Shown here in pieces: positions 16,444 through 24,000 of a stretch of 24,000 nucleotides of DNA. The notes beneath the pieces were generated by a model. It had not been told where the DNA came from. It was given only the letters and a program-made list of their open reading frames with translations, and did no database searches. The position numbers were made by a program, and so were the translations under genes. Numbering within the stretch: the first letter of the stretch is position 1; the number at the start of each line of letters is the position of its first letter. Source of the DNA: Haladaptatus halobius (lineage in GTDB: Archaea > Halobacteriota > Halobacteria > Halobacteriales > Haladaptataceae); the NCBI RefSeq assembly GCF_020618475.1, contig NZ_CP085338.1:343416-367415 (forward strand). Reading direction: 5' to 3'.

Positions 16444-16502
16444 AGGGCAAACAAACTTATATTCATCTCTCAGAAAATCTACCACCGATAAAGGGATTCG
16501 AC

Positions 16503-16523
16503 AACGCCCGATAAGTGGGCGTT
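16503..16523. other. GC hairpin overlapping the amidase stop codon (a possible terminator or IS-end remnant)
   Basis: AACGCCC-GATAAGT-GGGCGTT has a 7-bp stem. The following TATTTCTCCGAT resembles the GGGCGAGGCTTTCTCCTCGAT segment of the mini-MITEs. Confidence 0.3.
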
Positions 16524-18036
16524 ATTTCTCCGATGAAAGCGTTGGCGTCGTCTCTGGAACAAAACGGGGATCCGCTTCTTGTTCATACGCATAGGCCAGT
16601 TTCAAGAGAGTCGCTTCGTCGTATGGTTTTCCGATAAGTTCAACACCAACGGGAAGTCCTTCATCGGTCAAACCGGCAGGTACCGACATTGCACAACATC
16701 CGGCCTGTGAGGCAATGACCGTATTCGTTGGGAACGTAAGCGTATTCAGTGCGCCAGATCGTACTTCGTCCGCTTTCGGTGGGACGACCTGCACATTCGG
16801 ACAGAGGAGTACGTCAAGTTGCTGCTCAGCGAACTTGTTGAGCAGAATCCGTTGAAAGGTATCCTGTAACACAATTTTGTGCCAGTAATCCGGATCATCT
16901 TCCGGGTTTGCAGGCCCTTCAGCGATTCCTTCGAGGAGGTCGAGAACCTCGTGGTATTGCTCCTCTTCGTATATCTTTTCGATCGATTCGGCGGGAGTAT
17001 CCGGCCGACTAGCGAGGAATTCATTGATATCTCGCTTCGATTGGACGAGATAGAGGGACGTCTCTTCGATGTATTGATCGACGTCAGAGACCTGCACTGG
17101 GTCGACAATCTCAGCACCAGCGTCGTCCATCAAGCCGATTACTTCCTCAACGAGGCGATTGACCGGAGCAGCCTCTGGATCACTATCGTCGCCGAACGCA
17201 TCGCGAAGAATACCAATTCGGGCATCTTCGAGCCCGTCTTCTGAGAGTTGATCAGTATACGACCCATCAACGTGTGTCAATTCGTTTGTGACGGTGTATG
17301 GGTCGGTCGAGTCGTATCCCACGACAACGTCTAACAGGATCGCAGCATCTTCCACCGTTCTGGTCATCGGTCCAGGAGTGTCCTGCGAGATGACCAGCGG
17401 TGACATTCCCGTTCTGCTAATTAGTCCTGGCGTCACACGGAGCCCAAAGAGATTCGTGAAAGACGACGGGAGCCGGATCGATCCACCGGTATCTTCTCCG
17501 ATACCGACTGTAGCGAGGTTAGCTGCCACTGCAGCACCGGTTCCACTGCTCGATCCTCCTGGATCGCGATCCAACGCGTATGGATTCTTTGTTCGCCCGA
17601 GAACGGACGAAAACGCGAACCATGAGGTGGCCCAATCGGGAAGATTTGTTTTTGCGAGGATGATTGCACCCGCATCTTCGAGTCTCTCGATAAGCGTCGC
17701 GTTTTGCTCAGGAACGTAGTCTTTGAAGGTGATGGAACCAAATGTCGTGGTAATGCCTTTCGTTTCGATTTGGTCCTTCACAACTACTGGAATCCCGTGC
17801 AGTGGGCCAACGAAATCACCGGTCTCTTGAAACTCTTGATCGAGTTCAGCAGCTCGATCTCCTGCATCAGAATTCACCGTAATGATTGACCGTATCTCTG
17901 GGCCACTCTGATCATATGCTGCAATGCGTTCACGATATCTGCCAACAAGTTCTTGACTCGTGAGATCTCCTTCGTTGTACGCTCGATGAATTTCACCAAT
18001 TTTCGCTTCTATGACGTCGAATGACGATGCTGCCAT
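16522..18036 (-). CDS. amidase-signature (AS) family amidase
   Basis: The signature block GGSSSGTGAAVAANLATVGIGEDTGGSIRLPSS is present, with the catalytic Lys context upstream at GIPVVVKDQIETKG. Length is 504 aa. Confidence 0.92.
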   Translation of the reverse strand: MAASSFDVIEAKIGEIHRAYNEGDLTSQELVGRYRERIAAYDQSGPEIRSIITVNSDAGDRAAELDQEFQETGDFVGPLHGIPVVVKDQIETKGITTTFGSITFKDYVPEQNATLIERLEDAGAIILAKTNLPDWATSWFAFSSVLGRTKNPYALDRDPGGSSSGTGAAVAANLATVGIGEDTGGSIRLPSSFTNLFGLRVTPGLISRTGMSPLVISQDTPGPMTRTVEDAAILLDVVVGYDSTDPYTVTNELTHVDGSYTDQLSEDGLEDARIGILRDAFGDDSDPEAAPVNRLVEEVIGLMDDAGAEIVDPVQVSDVDQYIEETSLYLVQSKRDINEFLASRPDTPAESIEKIYEEEQYHEVLDLLEGIAEGPANPEDDPDYWHKIVLQDTFQRILLNKFAEQQLDVLLCPNVQVVPPKADEVRSGALNTLTFPTNTVIASQAGCCAMSVPAGLTDEGLPVGVELIGKPYDEATLLKLAYAYEQEADPRFVPETTPTLSSEK

Positions 18037-18522
18037 TAATTTCCCCCCAAGTAACTCCTTCTTCCACAGTGGCGATAAAGATACCGCGAGTTTTACGGAA
18101 TTTGCCCCTTATTCGGCAAATACAAAATGACGTATTTCAACTAACCTTGACGCTCTTGATTAATCATTTCTCTTGCCAATCTTCAATGTCTGCAGCCCGA
18201 TGTGCGTTCATACCGTGAAGTGATACATGGATCGTATTCGTCTTAAAACGCGAAGATTAACACTTTAGTATAAAATTCCACCAGAGGATTACATGAATTT
18301 ATACACTTCTCCAGCAAGAATAGATACTCTTTCACCCGGACGATGCTTCAGGAAGGATTTGTGGAGATTCTCGACTGTCATCACCGTTGTATCGCGTTTA
18401 GCGGCGCGATGCAGCACCATTCATGATCCCGACGATATCTGCGCATCTAAGTTTGTATGGGCGGACACTAAGCGACTCATAATCGTTCTTGCCTCCATTG
18501 GGTCGCCGAACTTCTGACGTAA

Positions 18523-18556
18523 GGAATCCTCGCGCTTTAGCACGAGGAGATGTCAC
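18523..18556 (+). repeat. solo right-end hairpin of the GTGACA subfamily, 9 nt downstream of the 175-aa gene
   Basis: The reverse complement of GGAATCCTCGCGCTTTAGCACGAGGAGATGTCAC is GTGACATCTCCTCGTGC-TAAA-GCGCGAGGATTCC. This is the same architecture as 1392-1427, with 7 of 8 stem pairs. Confidence 0.55.
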
Positions 18557-18565
18557 TAGAGTGGA

Positions 18566-19093
18566 TTATTGCTCCTGCTGTGGAATAGTGAACTCTCGAT
18601 CACTCCCCGAAATCCCTTTGAATCCGATTTGTTCTGGAATTCTAACGGTAGCGTGGTACGTGTATGTATTTCCGGGTTGAAGCCGCCATTCCTCACTTTC
18701 TCGCGTGACGCCCTCCTTTCCGTATTCGAATGTCAGCGTAAACGTCGGCCCATGTTGATCTGTCTGCCCTGCCTTTGTTGGCCTTTTTCTTGGATTCCAG
18801 AGTTTAATTTCTTCACCATAACTTCCGCTCATCGTGCCCTTCTTCTTATAAAGAATACCGGCCCAAACGTAGTCTTTGTCCAGAAAGTCCGTTAGTGTTC
18901 CACAGATTGCCACCTCGGTAGGGTCTGTCCACGCGTTTCCTGTTCGGAGGATGTCTTCATCGAGTCTGGGTGTCTCAGTGGCTTGTGCACTTCCGATGGC
19001 GCTTGCCGTTACAAGACCAACGGCACTTCTCTGAAGAAACTTTCGACGTGTACTCTGCGTTGCATTTGAGTCGCCTCTCATCATGCTGGCCAC
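18566..19093 (-). CDS. Tat-signal secreted protein of unknown function (175 aa)
   Basis: A twin-arginine signal is present (STRRKFLQRSAVGLVTASAIGSAQA). The mature part is beta-rich. I recognise no family. Confidence 0.7.
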   Translation of the reverse strand: MASMMRGDSNATQSTRRKFLQRSAVGLVTASAIGSAQATETPRLDEDILRTGNAWTDPTEVAICGTLTDFLDKDYVWAGILYKKKGTMSGSYGEEIKLWNPRKRPTKAGQTDQHGPTFTLTFEYGKEGVTRESEEWRLQPGNTYTYHATVRIPEQIGFKGISGSDREFTIPQQEQ

Positions 19094-19820
19094 TCACGCT
19101 TGGGTCATTGTTATTCGGCCGTTTCTATGTCATATCCCATGAAGTTCAAACTGTTTTCATCATATTACGATCGTCGAGATTATCCCGCCTGAATACCATT
19201 TTCGGTTATCGATTAGTTTGTAGACTAGCGAACGCATCGGTCGCCGAAATCGCTCAGGGGGTGAACGAAGGCACGGCCCGTACGATTTGAGTGGGACGAC
19301 CACAACTGGTCAGGGAACTGCACCCTCACGACGGTTCCAAAAAATGCGCAGAAACCTGCAAGATGCCTCCGTAGTTCGGTAGCCCTCATGTTGAGGGTAT
19401 GAGCCGAACCCCAACGTGAGGAATCCTCGTCAGTCATATGTCTCTGTCTGTGAGCCAGATAGGCTGACTGCTCTGACCATTATAACTAGAAAGATCATTA
19501 GTTTATTGCAAAATACCGTTGAATCGGCGACTACACTCTCTTCTGTTTATAACTCCTGCAACGTAGTTCACTCGGCAGAGAGAACGTTAAACGGTATGCT
19601 GGTATTCGACTTCTCTCCGACCACAAACGCGGTGGTCAGTTCCATGTTTCCCCCACCCGCTGGTTTGTCGCCGATAGGTGCCGATACACCTGCCGTACTC
19701 ACGAGTAGTTGTCCCCCGTCAGTCCCGAACTGTGTTAATTCGGGGCGTCCAATTCCGCGTTCAGATGGGAGCTCATGTTAGAGCAGTCGCCCTCTCGGGC
19801 ATACACCTGTCCCGGCCACG

Positions 19821-20714
19821 CTACTCTCCGTCCACCGCATTTGTGGCCGAGTCATTGTCCGTGCTCTTGGTGACTTCTCCGGAGAGATCAACATCCGTCT
19901 TCAACACAAGACGATTCTCGTGATATCGTAGACCGTCTTTGGATCGCTGGCGTTTGATTTTCCCAAGACGCCCTTTCGATAACTCGAGCATCGCATCCAT
20001 CGTCCGGCGTGCAAGCTCCTGACTATATTTCTTGCTCACACCGGACTTTTTGAGGCGAATCCACTCAGCAAGGTCGGAGGCATCTACGTAGACACGAATA
20101 TCGCCACTGCCCGTCGACCATAATGAATAGCGACCGGCCTCATCGCGTTCACGCCATACCTTGCCCGCCAATTCATCGGGTTTGCGATTGGTGACTGATG
20201 CAAGCATCTCATCGTCATAGCGGGCCAACCGCTGAATCGGTAAGAGATCCGCCGTCGAATGCGCAACTGCGCCGCCTCGCTCGAGGGCGTCGTTCTCGCC
20301 GGGAAGTCGGACGTAGGTCTTACCATCGTCTTTTGTGATGCGTTCGAGTGTGCTTTCCTCGACGGTGATTCGATCGTGTTCGACATACTCGGCACGGAGA
20401 TGCGCGCCTTTCTCGAGTTCGCGTGCTTGCAGTTCGTCGACCCGATCATCGCATGCCTTCGTCTTGCGGGCAATTGCCTCACGATGGGCTTGCGCCTCAG
20501 TTGCAGTGGTTTCTAGTTTCTCGATGCGCTGCTCGAGCTCCTGGATTTGGGTATCTTTCTGAGTGAGGTTCGCACGGAGATCAGCGATTTGCTGGTCTTT
20601 CTCGGCTACGTTCTGTTCGAGTTCGTCGATGCGGCCGATGAGTGTTTGGACGTGTGCAGCCAGCTCACTGACCGAGACATCGTCCTCGCGGACGGCGGAG
20701 GGGGCGGTCGTCAC
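19821..20714 (-). CDS. coiled-coil protein with a globular C-terminal domain, unknown function (297 aa)
   Basis: Residues ~15-110 form heptad-rich coiled coil (ELEQNVAEKDQQIADLRANLTQKDTQIQELEQRIEKLE..). The GTG start overlaps the upstream stop (GTGA), which suggests translational coupling. The composition is acidic, as in haloarchaeal proteins. Confidence 0.75.
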   Translation of the reverse strand: MTTAPSAVREDDVSVSELAAHVQTLIGRIDELEQNVAEKDQQIADLRANLTQKDTQIQELEQRIEKLETTATEAQAHREAIARKTKACDDRVDELQARELEKGAHLRAEYVEHDRITVEESTLERITKDDGKTYVRLPGENDALERGGAVAHSTADLLPIQRLARYDDEMLASVTNRKPDELAGKVWRERDEAGRYSLWSTGSGDIRVYVDASDLAEWIRLKKSGVSKKYSQELARRTMDAMLELSKGRLGKIKRQRSKDGLRYHENRLVLKTDVDLSGEVTKSTDNDSATNAVDGE

Positions 20715-21049
20715 GATTGATCACCTACTTTCGGGTCGGTAATAGCCTCGACAGACACGCTAGTTCGAAACCAACTGTACTGACCATCAGAAATGCCTCC
20801 GTACTGGTCGAGAGTGACGTTGGTGTAGTCAATTTCGTCGTAGTAGGTGTATTGCAGGCGGTAGCGATCGTTACGGTCTGTGACCACGAACAGCGTGCAC
20901 TCGCCGGGTTCTGGGCCACGAAAAGTCAATTCTGGCTCACGGTGATCACAGTGGTAAACGACGCCCGTGATGGTGTATAGTTGTGTGCGAATCTGGATTG
21001 GGTCAGTGCATTCAAACCCGAGGACGGTTGCGGTCTGGTCGTTTGTCAT
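20711..21049 (-). CDS. hypothetical protein (112 aa), first gene of a two-gene operon
   Basis: ATG ORF with an acidic, beta-rich sequence (..TLFVVTDRNDRYRLQYTYYDEIDY..). It overlaps the next gene by 4 nt. I recognise no family. Confidence 0.65.
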   Translation of the reverse strand: MTNDQTATVLGFECTDPIQIRTQLYTITGVVYHCDHREPELTFRGPEPGECTLFVVTDRNDRYRLQYTYYDEIDYTNVTLDQYGGISDGQYSWFRTSVSVEAITDPKVGDQS

Positions 21050-21382
21050 CGGTCGGCCACCTCCACTGAGTCTGCTGTTTGTGGGCGATGGAGGATGGCT
21101 TCTCTGTGTGGTGAGTGGTTAGTCATTGAGCCCCACCTCTCCATGGGTGCAAGAAACGTGGCTTGGTGTGTCGGTGGCGGGTAGTTGGCGGGTGCTGCGG
21201 CTCTCGGACGGGACACTTTTGTCCCATGTTCTCGAATAGGTACATGGCTTCTCGGTAAAGAGCCAACTCGGATTCGTGCCGTGAACACGAATCCACTCCT
21301 ATCCTTTCGGAAGCAGTGAATTCCGAGTGAGCTCTTGGTACATCTTAATGACTCCATCCTAATAAAGCTGTAGCTCATATAG

Positions 21383-21403
21383 GCTACTATAGTAGCTTTT
21401 ATA
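21383..21403 (+). promoter_or_regulatory. 14-bp perfect palindrome abutting a TATA-like box upstream of the wHTH repressor-like gene
   Basis: GCTACTATAGTAGC (21383-21396) is its own reverse complement and is followed by TTTTATA (21397-21403). The first ATG downstream of the expected TSS is at 21460. Confidence 0.4.
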
Positions 21404-21459
21404 GGGTGGTATTTTCTATTATCGACGCGACTAAACGTGCTACCAGAATTGTCGCGGAT

Positions 21460-21729
21460 ATGCGTCCGCGGGTCTCATGGATGACGAACGCTGACGATGC
21501 TATCCTTGAGTTTTTCGAGGATCACGCCATCGCCCTTCCTCCTGCAGCTGTTGCATATAACATCGACTTCTCCTATTCTCATGTCCGCAATCGAATGCGA
21601 ACACTCGCTGACCACGCCCTTCTCCAGAAGGCAGACGAAGAAAAGGGCTACTACGAAATCACTGACCGAGGTATCGCATATCTCGCCGGTGAACTTGACG
21701 CAAAGGAACTGGAGTCAAACCAGGACTAG
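21460..21729 (+). CDS. PhiH1-repressor-like winged-helix DNA-binding protein (89 aa from the ATG; the ORF is open from 21406)
   Basis: MRPRVSWMTNADDAILEFFEDH...SHVRNRMRTLADHALLQKADEEKGYYEITDRGIAYLAGELD. The WMT..DD.ILE start and the Y.IT.RG..YL.GELD end are the pattern of haloarchaeal and haloviral PhiH1-type repressor homologues. Confidence 0.78.
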   Translation: MRPRVSWMTNADDAILEFFEDHAIALPPAAVAYNIDFSYSHVRNRMRTLADHALLQKADEEKGYYEITDRGIAYLAGELDAKELESNQD

Positions 21730-22022
21730 TGGGCAGTAACGAATTAGGTATTTTTCTTATTGGAGTGGTTGGTCTGCTTGTACATTATTCCTTGTAATAT
21801 AGGTCTACGTTCGCGCTATACCCTGAACACTAAAACGACAGTCCAAGTGGAAACGAACCAACGACTGAACAACTGAAATGCACTCAGTCGGTGAACCAGA
21901 ACGGTGATCGAGATCCTGTACGATTCTGGTAGTCTCGTATGGCGATCGTAGATTGCTAGCCTAACCTCCTTCGAATATTTCGATGAAAAGAGTCACAATG
22001 TCCTATCGAAAAGCCACTGGTG

Positions 22023-22610
22023 ATGTGGCCATGGGGACATCTCGCTGTCGGCTATCTCTGTTACGTTGCCGCAATTAAATTACGCAGCGAGGGTGAACAA
22101 ACGCTTTTCACACTGGTCGCCGTCGCCGTCGGCACTCAATTTCCCGACCTGATTGACAAGCCACTTGCGTGGAGTACGACGATACTTCCGTCAGGTCGAT
22201 CATTCGCTCACTCACTCATTACCGCTACACTGATCATTGGGATTGTTTACTGGATCGGCCAACGGTTAGATTCTGAAGAGGGAGCCCTTGCGTTCGGCAT
22301 TGGATACCTCTCGCATAGCATTTTTGATCTCGGCCCAAGAGTGGTGTTTGGTTTCTTAACTGGAGATTTGAGCCAGCTGAAGTGGACGACGTATCTTCTC
22401 TGGCCACTGCTGCCGTCACCGCCATACCCCCATGATAGCTCCTTTCACGAGCATTTTATAGCGCTGACGCTCGATCCCTATATGATAACTCAACTTGTGC
22501 TCTTAGGCGTGGCCGTCGCCGTCTGGATTATCACCGGGATGCCGGGAGTTACGGAGATTCAACAACGAGTAAAAAATCATCTTCATCGTGAACGTGAGAC
22601 TGACCATTGA
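22023..22610 (+). CDS. membrane-bound metal-dependent hydrolase, YdjM/DUF457 family
   Basis: MWPWGHLAVGYL..QFPDLIDKPLAW..GRSFAHSL..SHSIFD.. It has several hydrophobic helices and His/Asp motifs typical of YdjM-like proteins. Confidence 0.78.
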   Translation: MWPWGHLAVGYLCYVAAIKLRSEGEQTLFTLVAVAVGTQFPDLIDKPLAWSTTILPSGRSFAHSLITATLIIGIVYWIGQRLDSEEGALAFGIGYLSHSIFDLGPRVVFGFLTGDLSQLKWTTYLLWPLLPSPPYPHDSSFHEHFIALTLDPYMITQLVLLGVAVAVWIITGMPGVTEIQQRVKNHLHRERETDH

Positions 22611-23626
22611 CCGTCTAACGACGATGGGGGGCTGCTACCCTATGCTCGGTGTTCGGAAAATGATTAATCGTATGGATCGTTCTTTTTCTTGAATAAAGGT
22701 CAGAAAACACGCCATAGAGTGTATCTGTTGGGTGTATTGAGGAAGAAAAAGATGGGCGTGAGCTACAAGGGGTTACGAGTTGTTGGTCGATGACGCGATA
22801 GATGTCGGCGGACGTCACATCGAAATTACGTTTGACCATCCTGATCTGGCAGGGTGGATGCAAGTCCACGAAGCGAACATGGAGATAGCAACCGGATGGC
22901 GCTAATTATAGCGTTGTAATTCGCGCCTGCGCATTGGTTACCGCCAAGAAACCCGAAAATCACCTTAACATCCAAATCATGTCGGAATAGAACAACTGCG
23001 AGAACTCCGGGAAGGATCGCCCCCGGTATTGGTATAATATATCATCCTTAGTCTTCCACTGGGTTTCTGCCACACCGAGAGACAACATCATTTGTAAGAA
23101 TGTAGGAGATGGGATTTAGACAAGCAAAGTGACACCTATCAAAAAGGAAATCGAAACCAACGCAGATGATATGGTCGGAACCAATCTCTATGCAGAGAGC
23201 GCACCAAAATATATCATTTACGTTTGCGATAACGGCGTTTTCCCAATTCTTCTTAATGGAATAAGTTCTCAAGATGGGGGATAAAGGACTTGTATGTCAG
23301 CAACCGTGATGCCATCATTACTAATGGATCATGGGTGACGTAGGGTATTAACGGGATGAGGATTACTCTTAACGGTGTTGTGATGCAATCTGCTGCTCCT
23401 AGTTCGGCAGTCGCAGCTGATGAGTAAAATGGGGGAAGAAGTCCGAGCAGAACGTGAGAGTGTTTCGTTGTTGACGCATCGACCACCCCACCGTCGTTCT
23501 ATCGTGTTCTCAATGGAAGTTATCACGCAATAAACTAACCACCAAATTCGCGAGATAAAGATAATGGGGTCGGTTGATGACAACTTCTATATTAATAAAA
23601 GTAGTCAAAAGATACCAATTGAATCA

Positions 23627-24000
23627 TTACGTCTCCCATAAGGTAAAATTCCCGTTCGAATACACCCGCATAGTTGATTGGTCGCTTCGAAGTCGTCGTG
23701 TGTCTCCACGGTTATAATATTGGATCGAATCCAACCGGTCTTGTGAAGACCCTTGCCACCAATAGTAATCTCGCGTCTTCGTGATGGCATAGACATCTGA
23801 CCCAACTGCCCGTCTAAACGTCTTATTGCCAGGATATCCGAGGTGTTTCGGGAGTTGGTATTTGGGTTTGTGCAAGGAGAATGCCCAGTTCTCATACGAT
23901 ACCTCATTTCCGCCTTGGAGGTATATCGCAAGCACGTTCGCCATCTTGGACGACTTGACTTGGTCGGATGTATCACGATATTGGAGGAGATGGTCAGCGC
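23627..24000 (-). CDS. hypothetical protein, C-terminal part; the ORF stays open to the window edge
   Basis: The frame is open from 24000 (..ADHLLQYRDTSDQVKSSKMANVLAIYLQGGNEVSYENWAFSLHKPKYQLPKHLGYPGNKTF..YYWWQGSSQDRLDSIQYYNRGD..*). It reads more like protein than the overlapping 123-aa frame. I recognise no family. Confidence 0.45.
   Translation of the reverse strand, partial: ADHLLQYRDTSDQVKSSKMANVLAIYLQGGNEVSYENWAFSLHKPKYQLPKHLGYPGNKTFRRAVGSDVYAITKTRDYYWWQGSSQDRLDSIQYYNRGDTRRLRSDQSTMRVYSNGNFTLWET

Noticed and set aside
18522-19429. 11-nt direct repeat AGGAATCCTCG (18522-18532 and 19419-19429) flanking the 175-aa gene
   Set aside because: Exact 11-mer repeats are expected by chance many times in a 24-kb window, and there is no extended similarity around them.
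19340-19430. tRNA fragment or att site next to a possible integrated element (GTAGTTCGGTAG.. CCCTC-ATGTT-GAGGG)
   Set aside because: The hairpin loop is 5 nt rather than 7, no cloverleaf can be drawn, and no matching direct repeat is found at the other side of the module.
19225-19437. 70-aa minus-strand ORF with a faint integrase-like string ([15 protein letters not shown])
   Set aside because: The resemblance to the tyrosine-recombinase HxLRH box is too short and imperfect, and no other integrase motifs occur in neighbouring frames.
19563-19571. GTAGTTCAC 9-mer identical to the IS right-end tip
   Set aside because: The adjacent sequence shows no similarity to the RE (no GGGG, no stem). A 9-mer match on its own is not significant.
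21046-21378. 110-aa minus-strand ORF in the divergent spacer
   Set aside because: Its composition is basic and Arg/Pro/Ser-rich, it has no plausible start context, and it overlaps hairpins. I consider the region non-coding.
1-24000. CRISPR array or other regularly spaced repeats
   Set aside because: There is no series of 25-40-nt direct repeats with uniform spacers. All the repeats found are IS/MITE ends or single hairpins.

Overview
The window looks like a chromosomal segment of a halophilic archaeon. The evidence is acidic proteins, twin-arginine signals, a CPxCG-type zinc-finger micro-protein, a PhiH1-repressor-like wHTH protein and an IS1341-type tnpB with a DUF2080-like partner. Coding regions have moderate GC and the spacers are very AT-rich, which resembles Haloquadratum, but that is only an inference. 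In order, the window holds: the 3' end of glmS; a small ORF; a decayed tnpB; a Tat-secreted PQQ-like beta-propeller protein; a 780-aa parallel beta-helix protein with three C-terminal repeat modules; one intact IS1341-type element (DUF2080-like ORF plus tnpB, no tnpA); and a zinc-finger micro-ORF. Next comes a metabolic block of BCCP-like, pxpC, pxpB, accC and pxpA genes plus a class-III aminotransferase and an amidase. A Tat-secreted protein follows. After it lies a compact accessory module of a 112-aa and a 297-aa coiled-coil operon divergent from a PhiH1-like repressor. The window ends with a YdjM-like membrane hydrolase, an AT-rich ORF-poor tract and a partial ORF at the right edge. I found no rRNA, tRNA or CRISPR array. 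The most striking signal is a swarm of at least 9 tnpB-less derivatives (MITEs, ~50-nt mini-MITEs, solo ends) of two related IS1341/omega-RNA families. In five cases a right end (GTGAAC... or GTGACA...) sits exactly on the stop codon of a host gene and re-creates it. The reconstructed empty sites suggest insertion at TTAY, the complement of R+TAA (an ochre stop). All functional calls come from reading the translations and from internal alignment. No database search was possible.
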